Shown one piece after another: positions 9,317 to 18,011 of a DNA stretch of 64,000 bases (positions are counted from its first letter, which is position 1; each line of letters starts with the position of its first letter). This DNA is from a virus (lineage: Duplodnaviria > Caudoviricetes). The stretch lies in the IMG/VR virus record IMGVR_UViG_3300032373_000001; one strand, written 5' to 3'. Under the pieces are notes generated by a model that saw nothing but the letters and a program-made list of their open reading frames with translations, made no database searches and was not told the origin of the DNA. The translations under genes and the position numbers were made by a program.

Positions 9317-10387
9317 ATGCCCATCAAATGGTACACCCTCGTCGACAAGACTGGGGCCAACCGTCGGGAGCGCGTCGAGGGGAAAGAGGTCACGGACGCG
9401 CAGGGGGAGAAGCAGCGAGTTTACGAGACCCACGCCGGATTGGTTGCCTCTACCGCCTTCCTGCGCGCGGAACGAGTGATGTCGGATGCCTGGGCAGACG
9501 TGAGCTACTGCCGCGTCTACAACCCCCAGAAGGGCCAGCTGGAAGAAGTGTGCCTGGGGCACCACTTTGAGCTGGGCACCGTGTTCGGAGAGGCCACGGT
9601 GGACCTGGACCCCAAGATCACCGCAAGACTGGCCGATCGCCAGCAGAAAGCCGACGCTGCAGCGAAGGCGGAGACCGAGCGCCTCCGCCAGGTCGAGGCT
9701 GAGGAAGAGGCCCTGCGGTCGCTGCTGGCCCCACGCAAGGAGTACATCGGGTTCCCCTTCCGAGCCATCAAGGGGCGGAAAGTGCCCAAGGGGGCCACGG
9801 GTCGGCTGATCGGGGTCAGCCGCGACAACACCCGCTCCAAGGTCCGCTTCGCGGACAAGGGAGGCGGGACCTCCGAAGAGTGGACCGACTCCCGCAACCT
9901 GGAGGTCTACCCACCAGGCTTCGACCCCCAGAACCCCCCGGAGGCGAGCGAGAACAGCAACTGGGTCTTGGCCAGCTACATCATGCTGACCAAGACCCAG
10001 GAGTGGGGGAAGAAGTGGGGGAAGGGGAGCCCCCACCGCATCCGCCCGGCAGGGGACCTCAAGTTCAACGCCGGGCGGATGCGGGGTCGCGTCTTCTGGG
10101 AGGGGGGAGGGCGCATCGGCGTCAAGAACTCGAAAGGGGGGGAACCCGCTTGGGGGATCCCAAGCGGGTTCGAGTACGAAATCGACGGGGAGTGGGTCCG
10201 AGGCGAGGACTACTTCCTGACGGTCCCGCAACCGGTGGTCTCGATGCGGGAGATGGGGGAACCGTTCGACTCCATCGCAGCGCTCATCCTTCAGCGCGAC
10301 GGGACCTGGGATGCAGTCACCGCAGACGGCGGGACGGTGGCCTTGTTCCCCGCGGACGCCCTGGGGAGCACCTTCGCGCGCCGCTAA
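9317..10387 (+). CDS. Hypothetical protein, 356 aa, with SH3/KOW-like segments
   Basis: GGAGG RBS; AIKGRKVPKGATGRLIG and GRVFWEGGGRIGVK segments. Confidence 0.75.
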   Translation: MPIKWYTLVDKTGANRRERVEGKEVTDAQGEKQRVYETHAGLVASTAFLRAERVMSDAWADVSYCRVYNPQKGQLEEVCLGHHFELGTVFGEATVDLDPKITARLADRQQKADAAAKAETERLRQVEAEEEALRSLLAPRKEYIGFPFRAIKGRKVPKGATGRLIGVSRDNTRSKVRFADKGGGTSEEWTDSRNLEVYPPGFDPQNPPEASENSNWVLASYIMLTKTQEWGKKWGKGSPHRIRPAGDLKFNAGRMRGRVFWEGGGRIGVKNSKGGEPAWGIPSGFEYEIDGEWVRGEDYFLTVPQPVVSMREMGEPFDSIAALILQRDGTWDAVTADGGTVALFPADALGSTFARR

Positions 10388-10404
10388 CCTGGAGCCGGTA
10401 AAGT

Positions 10405-10434
10405 AAAATCGCCCCTACATGTAGGGGCGATTTT
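10405..10434. terminator. Perfect 30-bp palindrome AAAATCGCCCCTACATGTAGGGGCGATTTT (bidirectional terminator or operator)
   Basis: Exact inverted repeat with T4 tails on both strands, in an intergenic gap. Confidence 0.6.
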
Positions 10435-10453
10435 CGCAATTCGGGGGAGCCCC

Positions 10454-11653
10454 ATGACCAGCAACGAGAAACAACAACGCATTCGCCAGTACATCATCCC
10501 GGATAACCTCGTCGAGGGGTCAGTCAGGGAGGTCTCCTCCCCAGACGGCCAGTTCCGTCTGGTCACCGCCAGATACAAAACGGGGGAGCGTACCTGGGAC
10601 TACACCGAAGGCCGGGTGTACCGCGTGGGGGAATCGGAGCCCCTGGCTATCGTGTGCCGCAACTACTCCACCTTCTGGCACAGCTGGGTGATGGACCACC
10701 CCAGCGGGACCCCCTACCTGTTGTGCGGGGAAGACTACCAGAACCAGACGTGGGTCGACCTGAGCACCGGGGAGGTGAGGTCCACAGAGGGCGAGGAGTT
10801 CTGCTGGTACGGGGTGGAGAAGCACCTGGGGGGAGGTATGCTCTGGGTAAAGGGGTGCTACTGGGGCGGCCCCGCAGAGTTCGCCCTGTACGACTTCAGG
10901 GACCCCAACGCGGGACCTGTTGAGATCTGCTGGTACGACGAGGCCCCCATGCCCCAAGAGGGGCTTCAGTTTGAAGTCACCCTCAAAGAGGGCGTGCTCC
11001 GCATCGTCCGCCAGGACCTCTACCACAAGGTCTTCGGCAAGCGCTACGAGGAGTTGGAGCAGGAAGGCTACGGCATGCTCGACCTCAAGAGCAAAGCCGG
11101 GGACGCCGGGGACCCTACAGCAGCTGCCGAGTGGGACAGGAAAGCCGAGGAGCACTGGGACTCCTACCAAGACCCCTCAGAAGACCCCACGGACTGGGAG
11201 CCCCGCACGGAAGAGGAGCGCACCTACGAAATCGTCCAAGAGGCGGACGAGGATGGGGACTTGATGCTCCGATTGGCTTCGATGAAGGTCAGTGATCGGC
11301 TCAAGGAGGAGCGCGAAAAGAGGGCAGAAGCCCTCAAGCAGTGGCGGGCCAAGCGGGAGAGCACCAAGTGCTCCCCTGCCTACATATTCGCCGCAAACTT
11401 GACCGGGCTGAGGCAAAGCGGGTGGACCTATGGGGCCAAGAAAGCCCTCGCTGCCCTGTTCCCCCGGAGAGGGGCTGACAGAGAACTGACCTTGGAAGCG
11501 CAAGTAATCGGGGACGAGAAGTACACCATCAAGCGGTGGCAGCGTGGGGAGGGGAGCAACAACACCGAGACCGTAGACAGGGGAGAGTGCCAAGCCTTGT
11601 GGGCGGAAGGGCTCAAGTGGATGGAGGAACAAGATGGCAGCGCCGCAGAATAG
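10454..11653 (+). CDS. Hypothetical protein, 399 aa
   Basis: Long ORF with GGGAG RBS; motifs RNYSTF, LCGEDYQ, FCW, GCYWG. Confidence 0.8.
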   Translation: MTSNEKQQRIRQYIIPDNLVEGSVREVSSPDGQFRLVTARYKTGERTWDYTEGRVYRVGESEPLAIVCRNYSTFWHSWVMDHPSGTPYLLCGEDYQNQTWVDLSTGEVRSTEGEEFCWYGVEKHLGGGMLWVKGCYWGGPAEFALYDFRDPNAGPVEICWYDEAPMPQEGLQFEVTLKEGVLRIVRQDLYHKVFGKRYEELEQEGYGMLDLKSKAGDAGDPTAAAEWDRKAEEHWDSYQDPSEDPTDWEPRTEEERTYEIVQEADEDGDLMLRLASMKVSDRLKEEREKRAEALKQWRAKRESTKCSPAYIFAANLTGLRQSGWTYGAKKALAALFPRRGADRELTLEAQVIGDEKYTIKRWQRGEGSNNTETVDRGECQALWAEGLKWMEEQDGSAAE

Positions 11654-11870
11654 GGTCTGGGTCACAGGATACAAGCCTTCCTGGTGCGAACGGTCGACCC
11701 GCTACATCTTGCCGACCGGGGGACGCTCCTGCCGCATCTGGCGGAAGCGGGAGCTCCCGGAGAACACGGAGTTCTTCCGCCTCTACAGGATGCCAGGGGA
11801 TGAGCGGTCCTGGTTCAGTCCCGATGGCACAATTGGAAATACGACCCGCTGCCCCTCTTCCCGCGCATGA
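11634..11870 (+). CDS. Hypothetical protein, 78 aa
   Basis: GGAGG upstream; overlaps neighbours in operon style. Confidence 0.5.
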   Translation: MAAPQNRVWVTGYKPSWCERSTRYILPTGGRSCRIWRKRELPENTEFFRLYRMPGDERSWFSPDGTIGNTTRCPSSRA

Positions 11871-12052
11871 CCTACGAGGTAGCCCACCGCTACTTCAGCG
11901 GGTTGGTCCTCGCCCCCTACTGGGAACGGGTCTGCATCAAAGGCGAGCACTTCTACCAGGTCCAGATGTGGCCTGCTGCGACCTCCGACCCCTACAGGAC
12001 CTGGAGACTGGAGGAAGAGTGGGAGCAGATGGAGGCAGCTGCCAGGGTATAG
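11867..12052 (+). CDS. Hypothetical protein, 61 aa
   Basis: ATGA overlap with the upstream gene. Confidence 0.6.
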   Translation: MTYEVAHRYFSGLVLAPYWERVCIKGEHFYQVQMWPAATSDPYRTWRLEEEWEQMEAAARV

Positions 12053-12072
12053 GGGGCGCGGAGGACGACCTG

Positions 12073-12837
12073 ATGACCGCCTGTAGTTGGAAAGTTTACC
12101 GAGAGCCTCAGTGCCTCTACGCCGTATCCCGTCCTGTGGAGCGCGTAGCCCAGCCCTCCTCCGGCCTCGAAGGGGGAAGCTTCAATTGTGCAGCCCTGGC
12201 CATTCTACAGCAGTTCCTCCCAGAAGCGCCGACGTTGGATGTGCTGTGGGAGGATGTGTGGGAGGGGTTGGTGCTCGGTCCTCAGAGCAAGGGACCCTCC
12301 GGATTAAAAGACCACGCCGATTTCTGGTCGGCCGTCAACGACTGGGGTGATGTTCGACTCCAAGCAGTGGTCGACCCTCCCCTGAGCCTTCCGGATACCT
12401 GGGGGGATCGCGCCCATGGGCCGACCATGTTCCAGGAAGACACCTTCAGCAAGCGCTGCCGGGCGTACTTGGAGGCAGGATACGTCGGTTACTGCGCAGT
12501 GCAGTTCGAGCGCCGGTCCGACGTCATCCGGTACAAGAACCAAGACCCCGCAGAAGGGTCAGACCACGTCGTGGTCCTGGACGGATTCCGGGAGATGTAC
12601 CGCAGCACCGGCAAGTGTTCCGGCGACGGCCCTCAGTACTCGGGACACCACTACAACGAAATTCATGTGGTGTGCTCTACGGTGCGGGAAGACTACTGGG
12701 TCGACTCCCAAGAGTTTATCCGAGAGCACGGAGGATACCAGGTCATATGGGTCCGCCAGGACCCCCGAAAAGAGCCCCGGCACCTGCCCAAGGTTCAAGC
12801 GCCTCGGTGCGGCAACGGCCACCCGAAGAAGGGCTGA
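12073..12837 (+). CDS. Putative papain-like (C39-like) cysteine peptidase, 254 aa
   Basis: GGAGG RBS then ATG at 12073; FNCAALAIL (Cys-helix) and DHVVVLDGF (His-strand) motifs. Confidence 0.45.
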   Translation: MTACSWKVYREPQCLYAVSRPVERVAQPSSGLEGGSFNCAALAILQQFLPEAPTLDVLWEDVWEGLVLGPQSKGPSGLKDHADFWSAVNDWGDVRLQAVVDPPLSLPDTWGDRAHGPTMFQEDTFSKRCRAYLEAGYVGYCAVQFERRSDVIRYKNQDPAEGSDHVVVLDGFREMYRSTGKCSGDGPQYSGHHYNEIHVVCSTVREDYWVDSQEFIREHGGYQVIWVRQDPRKEPRHLPKVQAPRCGNGHPKKG

Positions 12838-12838
12838 G

Positions 12839-13021
12839 TCAGCAGTCGGGTGCTTGCCCCGACTGCTGGGCCGTCAGCATGTCGTTGACAACAGCGGCGG
12901 TCGCGACGCTCGCGAGCTCCTCGTCGCCGTACAGCTCCAGGAACTCTGCGTAGACGGACGCAATCAGCTCGCCCAGGGTCGTGTCGGCGGGCTGGGGCTT
13001 GGGGGCTTCCTGAACTTCCAT
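12839..13021 (-). CDS. Small acidic helical protein, 60 aa (TLGELIASVYAEFLELYGDEELASVATAAVVNDML)
   Basis: GAGGAGG RBS before ATG at 13021. Confidence 0.75.
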   Translation of the reverse strand: MEVQEAPKPQPADTTLGELIASVYAEFLELYGDEELASVATAAVVNDMLTAQQSGQAPDC

Positions 13022-13031
13022 AACAACCTCC

Positions 13032-14348
13032 TCAGAGATAGAACTGCTCGCTGGCATCCTCGGCAGTCACAGTCTTTGGTACCCGGACCCCAAGCCTGTC
13101 CACAGTCAGCTCGTAGCTCTGGCCCGACAGTGCTACCGACATCCGGCGGTTCAGCCGCAGTACTGTCGGGGCCAGCCGTGCCTGGGAGCCGCTGATGCCC
13201 GATTGCCCCAGGGGCCCTCCGCTCAACCCCAGCACCGACTTGAGGCGGTAGGTGCCTGCGTTGACCCCGGAAGCAATCGTCAGTTGCTCGCCGTCCCCGA
13301 AGGTGCCCCAGTCCTGGCTGGAGTCCTCAACATCCTGGGCACTGATCGCAGTGAGGGTTCCACTGCCGCCGCCTGGAGAGGTCGTGTAGGTTGCAGAAGT
13401 AGTGCTCGCGCCGCCGAGGAGGCTCAGCACCTCAACCACCCGGTAGTGGCCTTGGTTGTCTCCGCTGAGGATCTTGAGGACTGCCCCAGGCTGAATGTTC
13501 TCAAAGCTGACAGTAGGGTCGCTGAAGTAGAATCGGTTGCTGAGGGTGGACCCGGTACTGAGGATGGCCTGAGCACCCTCGCACCATTTGCGCAGGTCGT
13601 CATAACGGTAGTCGTCCAGCTCCCAGGCCAATCCGTCTGCGTCGGTCGCGATCTGATCAAAGGAATCCCGGAACAGATAGCCCAACCCGCAGAGGACGTG
13701 GGCAGGCTTCAGCGCGCGTTGGACCAGCGCAGCGTTCTGCTGATAAACGAACGGGTCCTCTGGAAAGCCGCCGCCTGCCCCTTCGACGTAGATGTCCATG
13801 AAGAACTGGTCATCAATGGTGTAGCCTCCGTCTGGGTCCCGTGGGGGCGTCTCCAAGTACCGCTCCAGGATCGTCACCGTGACGGCAGGGTCGATGGCTT
13901 CCAACCCCTGCCTCAAGGAGGCAACCGTCGCCCCCTGAAGTAAAGAGTCCACCATCTTGTGGAGGAAGTCCCGATACGCCAAGTCCCCGTCAATCTGGGG
14001 CACCCCGCCACGGGAGTCTGCCATCGGGAAGATGTACTGCCCCAGAACCTCCCACAGGAACTCAGGTCGGGTGAAGTCCCAATAGGAGTCCTTCAGGACC
14101 TCCCCCTCGCTCAACTGGATGTCTGCCAGCTGCTCTGCCATGGCTTGAAACTGCAAGGAGTACCAAGGCCCATTGGTGGCGGAGACGTAGTTGCTCGGCA
14201 ACACCGCCCGGAAGGCTGCCATGATCTCTTCGACCAGCAAACGCTTCTGGTCTTGGAGGGCCTGCCCCTCTACAGGATAGGGGGCAGGGTTCTGTTCGAG
14301 GCCGCGCAGCGGGGCTTCGAGTTCGTTTTCAGGCGGGTCGTGGCTCAT
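13032..14348 (-). CDS. Baseplate wedge / tail protein I-like, 438 aa
   Basis: LPSNY...LWEVLG...LQGAT N-terminal pattern and the LKPAHV motif typical of gpI/wedge proteins; late-type motif upstream. Confidence 0.65.
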   Translation of the reverse strand: MSHDPPENELEAPLRGLEQNPAPYPVEGQALQDQKRLLVEEIMAAFRAVLPSNYVSATNGPWYSLQFQAMAEQLADIQLSEGEVLKDSYWDFTRPEFLWEVLGQYIFPMADSRGGVPQIDGDLAYRDFLHKMVDSLLQGATVASLRQGLEAIDPAVTVTILERYLETPPRDPDGGYTIDDQFFMDIYVEGAGGGFPEDPFVYQQNAALVQRALKPAHVLCGLGYLFRDSFDQIATDADGLAWELDDYRYDDLRKWCEGAQAILSTGSTLSNRFYFSDPTVSFENIQPGAVLKILSGDNQGHYRVVEVLSLLGGASTTSATYTTSPGGGSGTLTAISAQDVEDSSQDWGTFGDGEQLTIASGVNAGTYRLKSVLGLSGGPLGQSGISGSQARLAPTVLRLNRRMSVALSGQSYELTVDRLGVRVPKTVTAEDASEQFYL

Positions 14349-14365
14349 GGTAACACCCCTTCCTC

Positions 14366-14380
14366 ATAGGGGGTGTACCG
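14366..14380 (-). promoter_or_regulatory. Putative late promoter CGGTACACCCCCTAT
   Basis: Identical to the copy at 9199-9213; 18 nt upstream of the ATG at 14348. Confidence 0.6.
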
Positions 14381-14504
14381 CTCCTCCGCGAGGCTTGCTT
14401 CTCGTCTACACCTTGGGTCAGCCGCTCGAACTGGCACTCAACCCAGCCCTGATCTTCCCTCTTGGGGCGGTGCCTGTAAGCCGAGGGAACCGAAGTCGGT
14501 TCCC

Positions 14505-14951
14505 TCAGAGATTCGCCTCAGCCTCGCAAGCCTCGAGAAACTTCCGCCACTGACGACTGAGGCGAATCGCGTCCGCAGCCCTCAGCCTCAAACCTTCCCC
14601 AGAGATCGGGTGAGCTTCTTGGGCGAGTCGCTCATAGGCCCCGGGGGCCTGGGTGAGACGGTCCAAGACCCAGCGGGTCTCCGCCAAGGAAAGCCCCTCT
14701 TCCGCCTGAACGTCTCGGAGGCCCTTGTTGTACTCTTTCTCCGGCAACACATCCCGGAGGACTGCCAGCCGAGTCTCCCCGAACCAGCCGCTGCGCAAAC
14801 CATACTCCGCCTCGCACGCTGCCACCGCCTGCCGGAAAGCCTTCGGGAACAGGATCGGCACCAGCCGATCGTCCTCGAAGAGCCGGACAGCCTCCACCTT
14901 GAGTGCATGAAGCTCTTCGCACCAGTAGCGGCGGGAGACCTTGACGTTCAC
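14505..14951 (-). CDS. Hypothetical protein, 148 aa
   Basis: GTGA overlap with the stop of the 342-aa gene. Confidence 0.65.
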   Translation of the reverse strand: MNVKVSRRYWCEELHALKVEAVRLFEDDRLVPILFPKAFRQAVAACEAEYGLRSGWFGETRLAVLRDVLPEKEYNKGLRDVQAEEGLSLAETRWVLDRLTQAPGAYERLAQEAHPISGEGLRLRAADAIRLSRQWRKFLEACEAEANL

Positions 14952-15976
14952 GCCCACTCCACAGTGGTGTTGTTCGCAGCCTTGTCCAAGAACCGCTGCC
15001 AACGGTCCCGGCGACTGATCGCCACATCCACAGGAGAGCCTGACGCTGACATCCCTCGGAAGCCTCGCAGGGAGGCGCGTCCAGTGAGGAACCGCAGCTG
15101 GTGCGCCGCCTCGGTGAGAGCTGCCACCACCTTCCGCAGGTCCGACGCGCTGTAGCCGTACTTCTGGAGCTCTGAGAACTCGAGACTGTTGACGGTCGGA
15201 GCCAGGTTCTTCAGGATGTAGTCGACCTCCGGAACATTGTCGCCCACCGAGCGCAGGATCGCCCGAACTTCTTCCGTCTGGACGGAGAGCTGGCTGGGGA
15301 GGTAGCGTGCGGGCTTGATGTCCAAATCGAGGGCTGCGGGCTGGGCCTCAAAGGCTTCGAAGCCCAGCCCTCTCCCTTCGATCGAGTCCTCGTGAAGCAG
15401 CTCCTCTGCCTTCGGGCCGAAGTCATTCGCCAACACCGAGTAGAAGCCTGCGCAGACGCTGAGGGTGCCGTTGCCGAAGAGCCGCCAGTCCCCCATGACA
15501 GCCTCACTCTTCAGCGAAGAGGAGATGTTGCTCCAAGAACTGCGGCTGATGGCCAAGCCTCGCCGCAGGAGGTGGTGGTTGGTGGGGCCTCGGTGGTAGA
15601 GGAGGATCGGCAGCAGGAACCGGACGAACTCCTGCGACAAGGTGAAGCAGGTCTTGTTGGCTGGCAGCCGCTCACCCCGCGCCACTGCTCCCGGAGGGCT
15701 CCAGAGGGGGAGGGTCTTCGTCTCCCCCTCTGCGAAGGGACCGTGCTGGCGGAAAAACCTCTTGACTCTGGCCCGCAGAGAAGGGTCCCCGACCTCTGCC
15801 AGGATGTCTTCCAGCACGAAGTACTGGTGCATGGGGACGGATCCGCCGACCCGCTTGGCGTACAGACCGACCAGCAGCCGGAAGAAGATGCGCCCATTGG
15901 CACTCTTCCGGAACATGGTCTTGTACTGCTCCAGAGTCTTTGCCCCACGGGCGTGGAGGAACTCTCGGGTTGTCAT
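14948..15976 (-). CDS. Hypothetical protein, 342 aa
   Basis: GGGAG RBS; long ORF. Confidence 0.75.
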   Translation of the reverse strand: MTTREFLHARGAKTLEQYKTMFRKSANGRIFFRLLVGLYAKRVGGSVPMHQYFVLEDILAEVGDPSLRARVKRFFRQHGPFAEGETKTLPLWSPPGAVARGERLPANKTCFTLSQEFVRFLLPILLYHRGPTNHHLLRRGLAISRSSWSNISSSLKSEAVMGDWRLFGNGTLSVCAGFYSVLANDFGPKAEELLHEDSIEGRGLGFEAFEAQPAALDLDIKPARYLPSQLSVQTEEVRAILRSVGDNVPEVDYILKNLAPTVNSLEFSELQKYGYSASDLRKVVAALTEAAHQLRFLTGRASLRGFRGMSASGSPVDVAISRRDRWQRFLDKAANNTTVEWA

Positions 15977-16104
15977 GCGTTGCTCCCTTCAGGGGTGTAG
16001 GTGTGGCTCAGGCGCGTGAACTCTCACAGTACTGCTTGCCCTACGCCGGGGTCCAAGCCGACCCGCCCGAATAGGTCTCGTCCTCGTCGAGGGCCCAGCG
16101 GGCG

Positions 16105-16584
16105 CTACCCATAGAGGACCTCCGACGCACTCAAGACAAGGTCCACCTCATCGGGCGTCAGGTCGAGCAGCGGAGGCATCCAGTAGGGGCGGTGCTCTCG
16201 GCCCCGAGCCTTGTAGTCAAGGAGGCTCTCCCGGAAGTATTCTGGGGTCTTCCTCCAGGAGTCCTTCTGGAAGGCGTCCCAGACCTGCCGAGCGGCATAC
16301 TGGATCAAAATCTCCCGCCACTGCTCATTGGCCTCACCGAGGTCGAGCTTGATCCAGAGACCGAAGAAGCGCTTGGCGGTGCTGGAGTTGTAGATGTCGG
16401 TGCCCATGCCGATCCGGCTGCCGCCTGACTGGGTGCGGAAACGGATCAGCTCTGGGCGAGGGTCCTTGTAGGCCCTGTGGAGCTGGAGGTGGTCCCGCTT
16501 CTGGCCGATGAACAGATAGGTGCCGTCCTCGGCCGGGAACTTCCCGTCAAGGTAGGTTCCGCGCTCCAGGTTCCGCTCGATCAT
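16105..16584 (-). CDS. Hypothetical protein, 159 aa
   Basis: GGAG RBS; part of a minus-strand accessory operon. Confidence 0.65.
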   Translation of the reverse strand: MIERNLERGTYLDGKFPAEDGTYLFIGQKRDHLQLHRAYKDPRPELIRFRTQSGGSRIGMGTDIYNSSTAKRFFGLWIKLDLGEANEQWREILIQYAARQVWDAFQKDSWRKTPEYFRESLLDYKARGREHRPYWMPPLLDLTPDEVDLVLSASEVLYG

Positions 16585-16957
16585 CTTGTGCTCCGAGTAT
16601 TCGCCTTGCCACTTCCTCCGCGGCCTTTGCGATTACCTGGGCGTGGCAGCGATACGGCTCCTGGGAGGAGTCGAGGCCGTCGTTGTTCTTGGCGCACCAG
16701 CACAACAGAGTCACTTGTTCCCCCTCTGCCAGCAGCTGACTGATGCGGAGGACCTCTTGCCGCTGGGGGGTGTCAGACTTGAGATTCTCGCGCAGCCAGT
16801 CCCGATACTGTTCGAGGGGCGGACCTTTGTCGCGGGTCATCCACTCCGGCTTCCCCAGGGGGCTGGCAGCGTACCCCCTACAGGCCCTGCCAGTATAGAT
16901 GCGCACCTCACCTTCCCGGCGATGGTGCCTCCAAACCGAAGCGACGTGAGCCTTCAC
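16547..16957 (-). CDS. DUF4326-family protein
   Basis: GR...SPLGKP...YRDWL...LLCWCA...CHAQVI signature; GTGA-coupled start. Confidence 0.8.
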   Translation of the reverse strand: MKAHVASVWRHHRREGEVRIYTGRACRGYAASPLGKPEWMTRDKGPPLEQYRDWLRENLKSDTPQRQEVLRISQLLAEGEQVTLLCWCAKNNDGLDSSQEPYRCHAQVIAKAAEEVARRILGAQDDRAEPGARNLP

Positions 16958-17562
16958 AGGCGTTCCAAGACCCACTCATTGAGGACGGCGTTGAACTCCT
17001 CGACGCTCGCCTGGAGAACGCCAGGGTCGATGGGGTAAGGACCTTCGGAGTGCTGGAGGCTCCAAATCACCGCCACTCGCTGAACGAACCCCTCCCACGG
17101 GAGGTCCTGTTTCGAGGAGCGGTTCGCCCACCAAGCAGCCCGCTTCGCCCAGTGAAGCGGGCTCGGCCGCTCGTTGGAGAAGTTTGTCTCTGCTTTCCGG
17201 TTCAGCTCCACCTGCTCGGCGACGGAGAGGCTTCGATACTCTTCGAACTCGGCGAGGGCCGCCGGGTCGCCTCGGAAAAGCGGAGCCAAGCAGCGGTCGA
17301 GGACGAGAGTGCGGAGATCACCCTCTCCCCCCTCTGGGTCCCCCAAGAACACGAGCGGGTTGGAGAAGTAGGGGACGACCTGGAACTGGAAGTCGGTGAT
17401 GCCGACCCTCCAGCCCAGGCAATAGATCGGCAGCCCAGACCCCCGACTCAGCTCCAGCGCCTGCTCGAACACAGCACGATCCCGCAGCCTCTTGACGACC
17501 TGACCGGCTGTCCACTCAAACGCGCTCCTGTAGAGCTCTTTCAGGGCCTCTTCCTGGCTCAT
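16954..17562 (-). CDS. Hypothetical protein, 202 aa
   Basis: GAGG RBS; ATGA overlap at 17559-17562. Confidence 0.7.
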   Translation of the reverse strand: MSQEEALKELYRSAFEWTAGQVVKRLRDRAVFEQALELSRGSGLPIYCLGWRVGITDFQFQVVPYFSNPLVFLGDPEGGEGDLRTLVLDRCLAPLFRGDPAALAEFEEYRSLSVAEQVELNRKAETNFSNERPSPLHWAKRAAWWANRSSKQDLPWEGFVQRVAVIWSLQHSEGPYPIDPGVLQASVEEFNAVLNEWVLERL

Positions 17563-18008
17563 ACTTCCTCCGAAGGCTTCTTCGCTTCTTGGTAGTGGGA
17601 GATGTTCCACACGTCCCTCAAGGGCTTGTGCCCCTTGTACAGACTGGGGATGCTTACCGTGAGGTGGTGTTCTGGTTCTGGGGGTCGCGGGCCCCCAGAA
17701 CCTTCCCCCAACCACTTGAGGTAATCCTGGAGCTGAGCAGCCGCAGCTTCGGGGTCAGACTGCATCATCCGAAGGTGAGCCATCACCACAAACGGGTGGC
17801 CTCCCTGGTCCCACATCCTCAACCAGACCGCACGGTCTTGGTGGGTGTCCTCGTCGAAGGGCGGAGGGCCTGAGATCCATGCGGAGTGCTGCTCCTCTTC
17901 CTCGGCGTTGCAGACGGGACAGTCGGGGTTGTCTGAGATCCAAGGACCCCCCACAACCCCGCAGCCGTAGCCGCACATGGAATGTTGCCGCGCTTCTTCT
18001 TCCGTCAT
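17559..18008 (-). CDS. Hypothetical protein, 149 aa, with N-terminal Cys cluster (CGYGC...CPVC)
   Basis: GAGG RBS; coupled to neighbours. Confidence 0.7.
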   Translation of the reverse strand: MTEEEARQHSMCGYGCGVVGGPWISDNPDCPVCNAEEEEQHSAWISGPPPFDEDTHQDRAVWLRMWDQGGHPFVVMAHLRMMQSDPEAAAAQLQDYLKWLGEGSGGPRPPEPEHHLTVSIPSLYKGHKPLRDVWNISHYQEAKKPSEEV

Positions 18009-18011
18009 GAC

